Source: Nemertoderma westbladi (lineage: Eukaryota; Animalia; Xenacoelomorpha). From it: DNA of 64,000 nt. The stretch is taken from the NCBI GenBank assembly GCA_032718475.1, contig JAUCBJ010006975.1:73044-137043 (forward strand), given 5' to 3'. Positions 10,601 to 20,900 of the stretch are shown here, one piece after another; within the stretch, counting starts at the first letter, position 1; the number at the start of each line of letters is the position of its first letter. Below the pieces are notes generated by a model. It searched no databases. It was not told the origin of the DNA and saw only the letters and a program-made list of their open reading frames with translations. Position numbers and translations under genes: made by a program.

Positions 10601-12240
10601 GTAACATTACTAAGATATCCAGACAGACTCTTAGTTAGTGAGGATGTATTGACATTATCACTTTCATTCACTACTTGTGTTGGATGATGCCTCGTAGATC
10701 TGCGTGGCACTTGTTCTTCTGGAGGTTGTTGTGCCTCAACTTGCAGTACAGCTTGTTCTACTGGAGTTTCCTGCAAAAATATTCGCAATTGCAATGTTTC
10801 CTGTAACAATATTGCGTCCTTCTGCGATTTAGTCTCTGCTTCAGACATGGGTCTCAGCACTGTAGCTGTTACTGCCGTTCCAACGGATGACGATGGGGAT
10901 GAAACACGTGAATAACTTTGACCCAAAATGTCATCAACATTAACATCCTCATTGACTGTGGGATTATTTCCCCCAGTAGCCATATCTCATTTGTTGATTT
11001 TATTTTACTTATTTGATATATTGGGGAATATTTAATTTGCCAATTATTGACAATTTGACAAAAACTTGAGAGGTAAACCGAAGTTCAAAATGTTCAATAT
11101 ATTCAAATGCGTCCACCCAAATAAACTGAACACCTGAACCCAACCACTTGTGAGTACTGAGTAGGATATCGTCTTTAATAATTTTACGAGTTACAGTTAT
11201 GAGGCAACTTACAATTTGTACAGAAGTACCGGGAGCATTCAAGGAAAACAGTGATGGTGCAGCCTACTCAACTTGTAAGCCCTACAAATAAACAACGGCC
11301 TACACTATCAAATGTATTTCAATAATATATGTTTAAACATATTTTTAAATAATGCTGATTGCCATTCACAATACCAGCAACCGATGTTCAATATTATTCG
11401 TTTACTGCCATATATTCCACAATATAAATAACAAAACAAATGTGTTAACTAACAAAATAATATAACGATTCAATATCAAGAATATTTGATGTGCAGAAAG
11501 AATATAGATATGATAGATAATGATAGATGGCCTACACCATTTTAAACAACACAAGAATAGCCGCAGATTTAATAATAAAATATAGTAGGCACTAAGTGTT
11601 GTCTGCCTAATAAGTATGTCTAGTAAACACAGTACCGGTGATATATATATCATTAGTAGTGTACTTACTATTAAACTACCTTTACGTAAACATCCCGTGA
11701 TATACAGTGTGAAGTTGTTGCTGTGAGTGATAGTACGACACTGCTGCACTGCTGCAACAGTGCAAAATTGAAGCAAAAAATACAGTATGACATTTACCAG
11801 CTGAATAAAGTAAGCATAGGGTTCATGACGTCCTATGATAACATCAGCCACAAATGTAACATACAGTATATAAAACTTCAATTGTTGCAATTGCACTGGG
11901 CCTCACTATGCCGTGGAGTGGTTAGTGGGTTACTATAGTAAATGTCGTGTAACCAAATGTACAAATACAGATATACAAAACAAATAAACCGAACTAATGA
12001 CTTAACAAGAACTTAAGGAAGCGAGTATCTTAAATCTACTAAGATACACTGCGCCGCCGTGTCCTGTAACAGACTGATTAATTGTGTAACTTCTACAACC
12101 AGCCTACAACAATAACCTACGGTACATATACAGATAGGCAGTAAGGCAGATACAAACTGAAAGCCTAAATGCATATACCGTAAGTACATATAGACAGACA
12201 ATAATTGTCAGTCTATAACCTTGATCAGTAGACAGCTTCA

Positions 12241-13400
12241 TCGTTCATTGTTGCTCGCTCTTGCTCATTGTTGCTTGTTGTTGTACTTTATTAATTACTG
12301 TTGCTCGTTGTTGCTCGTTGTTGCTCCTTATTGCTCATTGTTAATCGTTGCTGCTCATTATTGCTCCCTGCTGATCGTTGCTGCTCATTGTTGCTCGTTG
12401 TTGCTCTTTATTGGTCATTGTTGCTCATTGTTGCTAGTTGGTGTACTATATTATTGCTAGTTTTTGCTCATTGTTGCTCATTGTTGCTTGTTGTTGTACT
12501 TTATTATTGATCGTTGTTGCTCATTGTTGCTTGTTGTTGTACTTTATTATTGCTCGTTCAGTCGTTGTTCCTCATTGTTGCTCATTGTTGATCGTTGCTG
12601 CTCATTGTTGATCGTTGTTGCTCATTGTTGCTTGTTGTTGTACTTTATTATTGCTCGTTCAATCGTTGTTCCTCATTGTTGCTCATTGTTGATCGTTGCT
12701 GCTCATTGTTGCTCGTTGTTGTACTTTATTATTGCTCGTTTAGTCGTTGTTCCTCATTGTTGCTCGTTGTTGTACTTTAATATTGCTCGTTGTTGATCGT
12801 TGTTGCTCGTTGTTGCTCGTTGTTGTACTTTATTATTGCTCGTTGTTGCTCCTTATTGGTCATTGTTGATCGTTGTTGCTCATTGTTGCTTGTTGGTGTA
12901 CTTTATTATTGCTCGTTGTTGATCGTTGTTGCTCGTTGTTGTACTTTATTATTGCTCGTTCAGTCGTTTTTCCTCATTATTGTTCATTGTTGGTCGTTGT
13001 TGCTCGTTGTTTCTTGTTCTTTCTCATTGTTGCTCGTTGTTTCTCGTTCTTGCTCATTGTTGCTCATTGTTACTCGTTGTTGCTCATTGTTGTACTTTAT
13101 TATTGGTCGTTCAGTCGTTGTTCCTCATTATTGCTCATTGTTGGTCGTTGTTGCTCGTTGTTTCTCGTTGTTTCTCATTGTTGCTCGTTGTTTCTCGTTC
13201 TTGCTCATTGTTGATCATTGTTACTCGTTGTTGCTCATTGTTGTACTTTATTATTGGTCGTTCAGTCGTTGTTCCTCATTATTGCTCATTGTTGGTCGTT
13301 GTTTCTCGTTCTTGCTCATTGTTGCTCATTGTCGGTCATTGTTACTCGTTGTTGTACTTTATTAATTATTATTGCTCGTTGTTGCTCTTTATTGCTCATT
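12241..13400. repeat. TTG-derived compound minisatellite
   Basis: Tandem 10-13-bp words TTGCTCATTG, TTGCTCGTTG and TTGTACTTTATTA, with larger repeated blocks containing CAGTCGTTGTTCCTCATT. Confidence 0.92.
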
Positions 13401-13740
13401 CAGTTTGGGACCATCCTTATTTAAGCAATAAACATTATTGCTTAAATATATAAGGAATGCTGAAAATCAACTAATTCTACCTTGCTTAAATAAGGAATTT
13501 TTTATTTTCAGATCACAAAATCTCAATTTAAAAATCAGAAAAATTTTTAGCGCAGGATTATATTTGATGAAATGAAAGAGAAAGTGAAAAATTCTACATT
13601 AGATGCTGAAAACCGCAAAAAATTCCATCCGTGCGTTCTCGAATTATTCCATTTTAAAATTTTTATAATTATATGCCTTGCTTAATTACTGTATGCAATC
13701 TCTTTCAAAATGACAACTGTTGCTTAAATAAGGAATACTG
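13401..13740. mobile_element. MITE relic with Tc1/mariner-pogo-like terminus
   Basis: TCCTTATTTAAGCAA (about 13414) is inverted to TTGCTTAAATAAGGAATACTG|TA (ends 13740). Extra internal copies of the motif occur at about 13438 and 13482. The left end is degenerate. Confidence 0.6.
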
Positions 13741-14231
13741 TATGTGTAGCACTTTTCATTTTATTATTTATTTAAGCAATTTCATAAAAGTACAAATAAT
13801 AGACTCTCCTAACCTAAAAATTTCATTTATAAGTAGTGTGGGGCGAGCCACGAAGTAAAGTGAGTCTTAACATTAGGGTATCATATTTATGTATTTGTAG
13901 GCCTACATGTGAGAGAAGTAAAAATTTATAATTATACTTTACATACACCAAAATCACGTCAATACTTAAATATCGAACTCAAATTGAATTATTGTTATGT
14001 TATATATCTATACTTTACATCTGTACATATGTACATATGTATCTTTAAAGTAAAGTAAAGTAAAGTAATATAATGTACATACATTGCGATTATCCTTATG
14101 TCCGTAACAGTTGCGACACAAACCTGATTGCTCAAGTTTAGTTATATGCATTATTTTACGTGTTTTTGCATATATATATTAAGTATTATTATAATGTGCC
14201 GTGCTGTACACTACTTCTGTACGTGCGTCAA

Positions 14232-14480
14232 CAAATATTAAGAATCAATCTTTCGAGCCACAATAGAAGGTGTATTTTTATATGGGGGTGAGACGTGGAC
14301 GTGAAACACTTGAACAACGAATTGATGGTTGCTACACAAGACTACTAAGGGCCGCCCAAAACATCAGCTGGATACAACATCTGACAAACGCCGAGCTTTA
14401 TGGTACAATACCACCTGTATCAACCACCCTCCGTGAACGCAGATTAAGATTCAGTGGGCACTGCTGGAGAAGTAAAGAAA
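14232..14480 (+). mobile_element. RTE-clade LINE 3' fragment (second family)
   Basis: Translates across a frameshift to FRATIEGVFLYGGETWT / RIDGCYTRLLRAAQNISW..HLTNAELYG...RERRLRFSGHCWRS, the post-RT region of RTE elements. Confidence 0.85.
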
Positions 14481-14544
14481 GACGAGGTCATACCAGATCT
14501 ACTTGCTGCATCTAGGTCCCTGAACTTTATGGAGGTCACTTTAA

Positions 14545-14615
14545 TGATGCCGAACCGAACCGAAGCAGGGCAAACTTCGGGTCGAACTGAACCGAATCCG
14601 AACTGAACTTCAGAA
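14545..14615. repeat. CCGAA-repeat subterminal fragment of a probable hAT-like non-autonomous element
   Basis: Clustered CCGAACCGAACCGAA and CCGAATCCGAAC motifs. No paired TIR found. Confidence 0.35.
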
Positions 14616-14842
14616 AGTCAACAAGTGTGGTCGTGATGCCATATTTATTTACGTCACAATACTGGCATTTGGTCCGCGGACTGGAGTGTTGGGTAATAAA
14701 ATAGCTACAGTCTGACCCTCCTTTATTCCTACGTTTAACAGTTTAAGATTCATATTGAACCCCAAACTAAAATGCCTGGCCATTTAAACCATCCAAGTCG
14801 ACTTTGCCTGGATTGTTGTTATGAATTAAGGCCGTGTTTAAC

Positions 14843-15050
14843 ATATACAAAAATGCTATGCCAAGTTCATTGTGTCAAGTACTTACAATGCACACATCTT
14901 CAACGAAACACTATAGGCCTACAGCATTCTGGCGATAGCTCATTGGTGCGCCAAAGTTTGGCTCTTGAACAGTGCCGCTTCCACTTTGCAGGATATTGCT
15001 ATCGCGATGAGGCCCAGCCCTGTCATTGCGGGTAGCGCGTTGTGGCAGCG
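14843..15050 (+). mobile_element. Old, diverged fragment of the same RTE family as 3055-4544
   Basis: Nucleotide similarity to about 4166-4352 (CATTGTGTCAAGTA..CAATGCACACATCT, CTCATTGGT, CTTTGCAGGA, GTGGCAGC) with small indels. Confidence 0.85.
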
Positions 15051-15943
15051 CAATTTTGATGAAGCTTTGTCGGCATAGCATTCTCAATTCACAATATAGT
15101 TTCCCTACAGTACGCCGATAGATACATGAATACATTCAACTCAGTGCGCCCATCCATCAGCGAACGGTTACAATGGGTGTTTTCCAAGTGATGGTGAGTC
15201 TGGGTCTTGTTCTCGCAGCTCCCAACTCCCACTTTGACCAACTCCTCGAGGTAAAATTCTGGAAATCGCCACATATGTGGCCAACACAGTAAACTTAAAA
15301 GTGATCAACAAACGAAATTTCGGTAGTAGAGTCTCCAAAAGTGGTCACTTTTTATGATGACAATAAAAACAACAGTTAGAAGAGTTCTATTGAATGGGCG
15401 AGTGCACGTGTTTACTTATTATAGGCAATGGAAGAAGTTTAAACTATCGGTTACAACAATCCGCCTCAATTATTTTGTTACTAAAATAATAATTCAAGCA
15501 CACAGAAAATCTAAGTAAAATATAAAATTATTTTTAAAAACGCATCTACCAGGTGAAACACAAGAATAGCGAAAGTTGGAAAACAGAAAGAATATCATAG
15601 GTCCTAGACATATCATAGAAAAGCAATATTGCTTACCTTAACCAGTCAGAGGAGCAAAAGATTCAACATTCTAAATCCCCGAGAATTTTTCTAGAATTGT
15701 AAAAAGTTTTTATTTATTTGTATTGAATTTTATTTCACAGTACCAAATTGCCAGGGCGACATATTTTCTAACTTTATATCGCAGTGCGACATTATTTCTC
15801 AGTATGTCCCTACGCCATACATTTACTATGTATTTCCAGTATATCCAATATATCCAGTATGTCACCGCGTCATTATTAGGTTGTTCTAGAAAGTTAAAGT
15901 GGATAACTACAAATAATTCCCCACAAATAAATAAAATTAGATT

Positions 15944-16050
15944 CGCCATTGTTCATAATTAGCACATTAAAGCATTTACGGCCCTCATTTTGTTAACAAC
16001 ATCACTCGTGCCGTAACGTGATAAAGTGCTATTTCATGAACAATGGCGTA
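15944..16050. repeat. Imperfect palindrome, end of an unclassified non-autonomous element
   Basis: CGCCATTGTTCATAATTAGCAC is inverted to GTGCTATTTCATGAACAATGGCG. Confidence 0.55.
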
Positions 16051-16169
16051 TATAGTTAATATATAAGTGGAGAGTTAATATATAAAACCACATAGAAATT
16101 CAAATATTTTGAGTTTACTTCTGCAGTAGGCCTATATTTACTTTTAGATACGGCAAAAAATATCGGCAG

Positions 16170-16871
16170 ATTGTATCCACTGCGTTCTGAGTTATAAGGG
16201 AATTCAGAGATATCGAGATTTTTGAGTCGAAAAGAATATCTGCCGAGATAATGTAAAGATTGATCGGATAGTTTCTTACATGAACACACGTTTAGGTACC
16301 GCTGACGGGGTATTCCTCGCGAGATGTGGAGTACTGCGTCGTCCGTCAGCAAATGACAAGCTGGGGAGAGAACCGGGGCGACACAGACCACGGACGCCAA
16401 GATCGGTGAGGGTGTAGCAGTGATCCAGAGTCAAGGAGACCAGTTCTAGAAACGAAATCGCGTGGAGCAAACCCAATTTTGTGAACCGGGAACAACGGGT
16501 AAGATCAAGTCTCTTTAGTCCGGGAATTCTATTAAACGATTTGCGAACAGCTGGAGATCTGGGTAAAGTCCCACTCAACTTACATCGCGAAATTAACTTT
16601 GCTTTTGCGTCAACTGAATATAGTTCCCTATTGGTTGATGGAACTGAAGCCGCGTTTTCATTGCCTGATTGTTCAACCATTCCGCACAAACCAAAATCAG
16701 ACAGCTAGTAATTCCAGGTGACGGTGGCAGATAAACTGCGCAACGTGCGACCCCACCGGGAGAGATTCATCAATGATTCATACATGATTGTCCTCTATCG
16801 ATGTTCTTCCTAAATCGATGATGGTCATTGTGGACGAACGTGATTCGATGAAATCAAAGAAAACCTTCCAA
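16170..16871 (-). pseudogene. Pseudo-exon of an FBXL/AMN1-like cysteine-containing LRR protein
   Basis: Acceptor TTTAG at 16872-16876 on the minus strand. LRR_CC-type repeats: LKRLDLTRCSRFTKLGL, LVSLTLDHCYTLTDLGVRGL, CHLLTDDAVLHISRG, YLNVCSCKKLSDQSLHYLGRYSFRLKNLDIS. At least two frameshifts and an in-frame TAG. Confidence 0.75.
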
Positions 16872-17261
16872 CTAAATAATAACAAAATAATGACAATTAT
16901 AATAATGACAACATAGACAGGTTTGGGACCAAACAAACAGACAAAGATGTCTTCTATTGGACGTTTCGCCATAATGGATTTTACAGTACACGTTAAACAA
17001 TTATTTACATACAGTTGCTGTAACTAACTGTAGCTGAAGCTGTAGCTAATAACTAACTCTCTTTTCTTTTCTTTTCTTTTCTTTAACTAACTCATTTTTC
17101 GAGTAGCTCTGACGTGAGATAGTCCCGTCACTGCAAACTGGATAATAAAGCAGCACTCATTAACATAAATGGAAATAAGAAATAGGAAGCACGCTAGAAC
17201 GCATTAATATAAATGGAAATAATACATTTTGGAATACGGTAATTGAAGTTGTTTCCAAGTC

Positions 17262-17510
17262 ATTTATTACTTTGCAGCGTTCCGTCCTATAGGCCGCAAC
17301 GCTGCAAAGTAGTATTTTGCAGCGTTACGAGTAATTCACCAGAATGCTGTTAAGTTGACATGATGTAACAAAATAACTATAAGGTTCTGGCTCAGATAGA
17401 GTGAAAAATAATTTAACAACAACATTTTTTTCAAATTTTTGTAAACTCCATAAAAGTACAGTATATCATTCGCATCGCCTCGGCGAGCTGATTTCAAATA
17501 TATTACTTAA
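17262..17510. mobile_element. Unclassified hairpin-capped non-autonomous element relic
   Basis: Perfect 14-bp stem TACTTTGCAGCGTT (17268-17281) and AACGCTGCAAAGTA (17298-17311), plus a third partial copy. The right boundary is uncertain. Confidence 0.4.
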
Positions 17511-17792
17511 GATAAAGATAATTAAGGGCTAAAAAGTATCAGCAATATTCTAAATAGATCGCTCAAGGTCTACATTTCTTATATAGTCCCTTGAATTAAC
17601 AATTCAAGGTCTACAAACTTGTATGTAGAACTTGAATGTAATTATCCTCAATACTTAAAGTATATATATACCTTGAATATTATTACCAATGTTATTACTC
17701 AATGCCATATACATTACCTTGACCAGGCATGTACCATGACCTACTAAACCTTAGTAAAACTAAGTTAAACTTAAAATTAAACTTTAGTAGGT

Positions 17793-17895
17793 CATGGATG
17801 TACCGAAATTCCGTTCCGGTCGGAATTCCTGCCGTTTTGGACTGATTCAGATTCCGCCCGGAATGACAGAAATTCCGGAATTTTCGGGAAAACGT
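17793..17895 (+). mobile_element. hAT-like left terminus with CCGGAATT subterminal repeats
   Basis: CATGGATGTACCGAAATTCCG followed by clustered TTCCG and CGGAA motifs, directly before the 72-bp array. Confidence 0.4.
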
Positions 17896-17934
17896 TCTAT
17901 AAAACATCCTACTAATAGTATTTTTATTGGATTA

Positions 17935-20900
17935 ATTAATTGTTTATGGATACTCAGTATTCTTCAAGTAACGTCGTCAGTTTTTTTTCCAGCTTGCTGG
18001 CTTTCTATTAATTGTTTATGGATACTCAGTATTCTTCAAGTAACGTCGTCAGTTTTTTTTCCAGCTTGCTGGCTTTCTATTAATTGTTTATGGATAGTCA
18101 GTATTCTTCAAGTAACGTCGTCAGTTTTTTTTCCAGCTTGCTGGCTTTCTATTAATTGTTTATGGATAGTCAGTATTCTTCAAGTACAGTAACGTCGTCA
18201 GTTTTTTTTCCAGCTTGCTGGCTTTCTATTAATTGTTTATGGATACTCAGTATTCTTCAAGTAACGTCGTCAGTTTTTTTTCCAGCTTGCTGGCTTTCTA
18301 TTAATTGTTTATGGATACTCAGTATTCTTCAAGTAACGTCGTCAGTTTTTTTTCCAGCTTGCTGGCTTTCTATTAATTGTTTATGGATACTCAGTATTCT
18401 TTAAGTAACGTCGTCAGTTTTTTTTTCCAGCTTGCTGGCTTTCTATTAATTGTTTATGGATAGTCAGTATTCTTCAAGTAACGTCGTCAGTTTTTTTTCC
18501 AGCTTGCTGGCTTTCTATTAATTGTTTATGGATAGTCAGTATTCTTCAAGTAACGTCGTCAGTTTTTTTTTCCAGCTTGCTGGCTTTCTATTAATTGTTT
18601 ATGGATAGTCAGTATTCTTCAAGTAACGTCGTCAGTTTTTTTTCCAGCTTGCTGGCTTTCTATTAATTGTTTATGGATACTCAGTATTCTTCAAGTAACG
18701 TCGTCAGTTTTTTTTCCAGCTTGCTGGCTTTCTATTAATTGTTTATGGATAGTCAGTATTCTTCAAGTAACGTCGTCAGTTTTTTTTCCAGCTTGCTGGC
18801 TTTCTATTAATTGTTTATGGATAGTCAGTATTCTTCAAGTAACGTCGTCAGTTTTTTTTCCAGCTTGCTGGCTTTCTATTAATTGTTTATGGATAGTCAG
18901 TATTCTTCAAGTAACGTCGTCAGTTTTTTTTCCAGCTTGCTGGCTTTCTATTAATTGTTTATGGATAGTCAGTATTCTTCAAGTAACGTCGTCAGTTTTT
19001 TTTTCCAGCTTGCTGGCTTTCTATTAATTGTTTATGGATAGTCAGTATTCTTCAAGTAACGTCGTCAGTTTTTTTTCCAGCTTGCTGGCTTTCTATTAAT
19101 TGTTTATGGATAGTCAGTATTCTTCAAGTAACGTCGTCAGTTTTTTTTTCCAGCTTGCTGGCTTTCTATTAATTGTTTATGGATAGTCAGTATTCTTCAA
19201 GTAACGTCGTCAGTTTTTTTTCCAGCTTGCTGGCTTTCTATTAATTGTTTATGGATAGTCAGTATTCTTCAAGTAACGTCGTCAGTTTTTTTTTCCAGCT
19301 TGCTGGCTTTCTATTAATTGTTTATGGATAGTCAGTATTCTTCAAGTAACGTCGTCAGTTTTTTTTCCAGCTTGCTGGCTTTCTATTAATTGTTTATGGA
19401 TAGTCAGTATTCTTCAAGTAACGTCGTCAGTTTTTTTTTCCAGCTTGCTGGCTTTCTATTAATTGTTTATGGATAGTCAGTATTCTTCAAGTAACGTCGT
19501 CAGTTTTTTTTCCAGTTTGTTGGCTTTCTATTAATTGTTTATGGATAGTCAGTATTCTTCAAGTAACGTCGTCAGTTTTTTTTTCCAGCTTGCTGGCTTT
19601 CTATTAATTGTTTATGGATACTCAGTATTCTTCAAGTAACGTCGTCAGTTTTTTTTTCCAGCTTGCTGGCTTTCTATTAATTGTTTATGGATAGTCAGTA
19701 TTCTTCAAGTAACGTCGTCAGTTTTTTTTCCAGCTTGCTGGCTTTCTATTAATTGTTTATGGATAGTCAGTATTCTTCAAGTAACGTCGTCAGTTTTTTT
19801 TCCAGCTTGCTGGCTTTCTATTAATTGTTTATGGATAGTCAGTATTCTTCAAGTAACGTCGTCAGTTTTTTTTTCCAGCTTGCTGGCTTTCTATTAATTG
19901 TTTATGGATAGTCAGTATTCTTCAAGTAACGTCGTCAGTTTTTTTTCCAGCTTGCTGGCTTTCTATTAATTGTTTATGGATTGTCAGTATTCTTCAAGTA
20001 ACGTCGCCAGTTTTTTTTTCCAGCTTGCTGGCTTTCTATTAATTGTTTATGAATAGTCAGTATTCTTCAAGTAACGTCGTCAGTTTTTTTTCCAGCTTGC
20101 TGGCTTTCTATTAATAATTGTTTATGGATAGTCAGTATTCTTCAAGTAACGTCGTCAGTTTTTTTTTTCAGTTTGCTGGCTTTCTATTAATTGTTTATGG
20201 ATAGTCAGTATTCTTCAATTAACGTCGTCAGTTTTTTTTCCAGCTTGCTGGCTTTCTATTAATTGTTTTTGGATAGTCAGTATTCTTCAAGTAACATCGT
20301 CAGTTTTTTTTCCAGCTTGCTGGCTTTCTATTAATTGTTAATGGATACTCAGTATTCTTCAAGTAACGTCGTCAGTTTTTTTTCCAGCTTGCTGGCTTTC
20401 TATTAATTGTTTATGGATAGTCAGTATTCTTCAAGTAACGTCGTCAGTTTTTTTTTCAGCTTGCTGGCTTTCTATTAATTGTTTATGGATAGTCAGTATT
20501 CTTCAAGTAACGTCGTCAGTTTTTTTTTCCAGTTTGCTGGCTTTCTATTAATTGTTTATGGATAGTCAGTATTCTTCAAGTAACGTCGTCAGTTTTTTTT
20601 TCAGCTTGCTGGCTTTCTATTAATTGTTTATGGATACTCAGTATTCTTCAAGTAACGTCGTCAGTTTTTTTTTTCAGCTTGCTGGCTTTCTATTAGTAAT
20701 TGTTTATGGATACTCAGTATTCTTCAAGTAACGTCGTCAGTTTTTTTTCCAGCTTGCTGGCTTTCTATTAATCGTTTATGGATACTCAGTATTCTTCAAG
20801 TAACGTCGTCAGTTTTTTTTCCAGCTTGCTGGCTTTCTATTAATTGTTTATGGATAGTCAGTATTCTTCAAGTAACGTCGTCAGTTTTTTTTTCCAGCTT

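Larger units (their letters stand above)
2666..10983 (-). mobile_element. Decayed BEL/Pao LTR retrotransposon, gag-PR-RT-RH-IN polyprotein pseudogene
   Basis: Domain order on the minus strand: MATGG start at 10983; DUF1759-like gag (YRLAWALLDQRYG); three Cys/His knuckles (CSLCEGVSHFLYKC, CFKCSRSGHIAINC, CPECQGNH); protease ALIDGGSTNS (about 7600-7635); RT (YVPHH, KIRVVNDAAA, LLRFR, DIESMF, FYMDY); RNase H (ELHHFCDASKEGYGAVLYL, FWSDS); integrase (HAG, CMIC, GVDYFGP, SDNGTNFVGA). Many frameshifts and stops. Confidence 0.95.

Noticed and set aside
11000-12220. 5' LTR and primer-binding site of the BEL element
   Set aside because: Expected here, but no convincing TGG-initiated tRNA complement was seen and there is no second LTR in the window to define boundaries.
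12221-13453. Cys/Leu-rich membrane-like ORFs
   Set aside because: Low-complexity TTG repeat that is open in all three frames.
15089-15295. Further exon of the LRR gene
   Set aside because: An acceptor-like TTTTAAG and an open frame exist, but there is no recognisable motif to support it.
17794-18404. ORFs with a 24-aa hydrophobic repeat
   Set aside because: They translate the 72-bp satellite and are broken by frequent T9 and other indels. No coding evidence.
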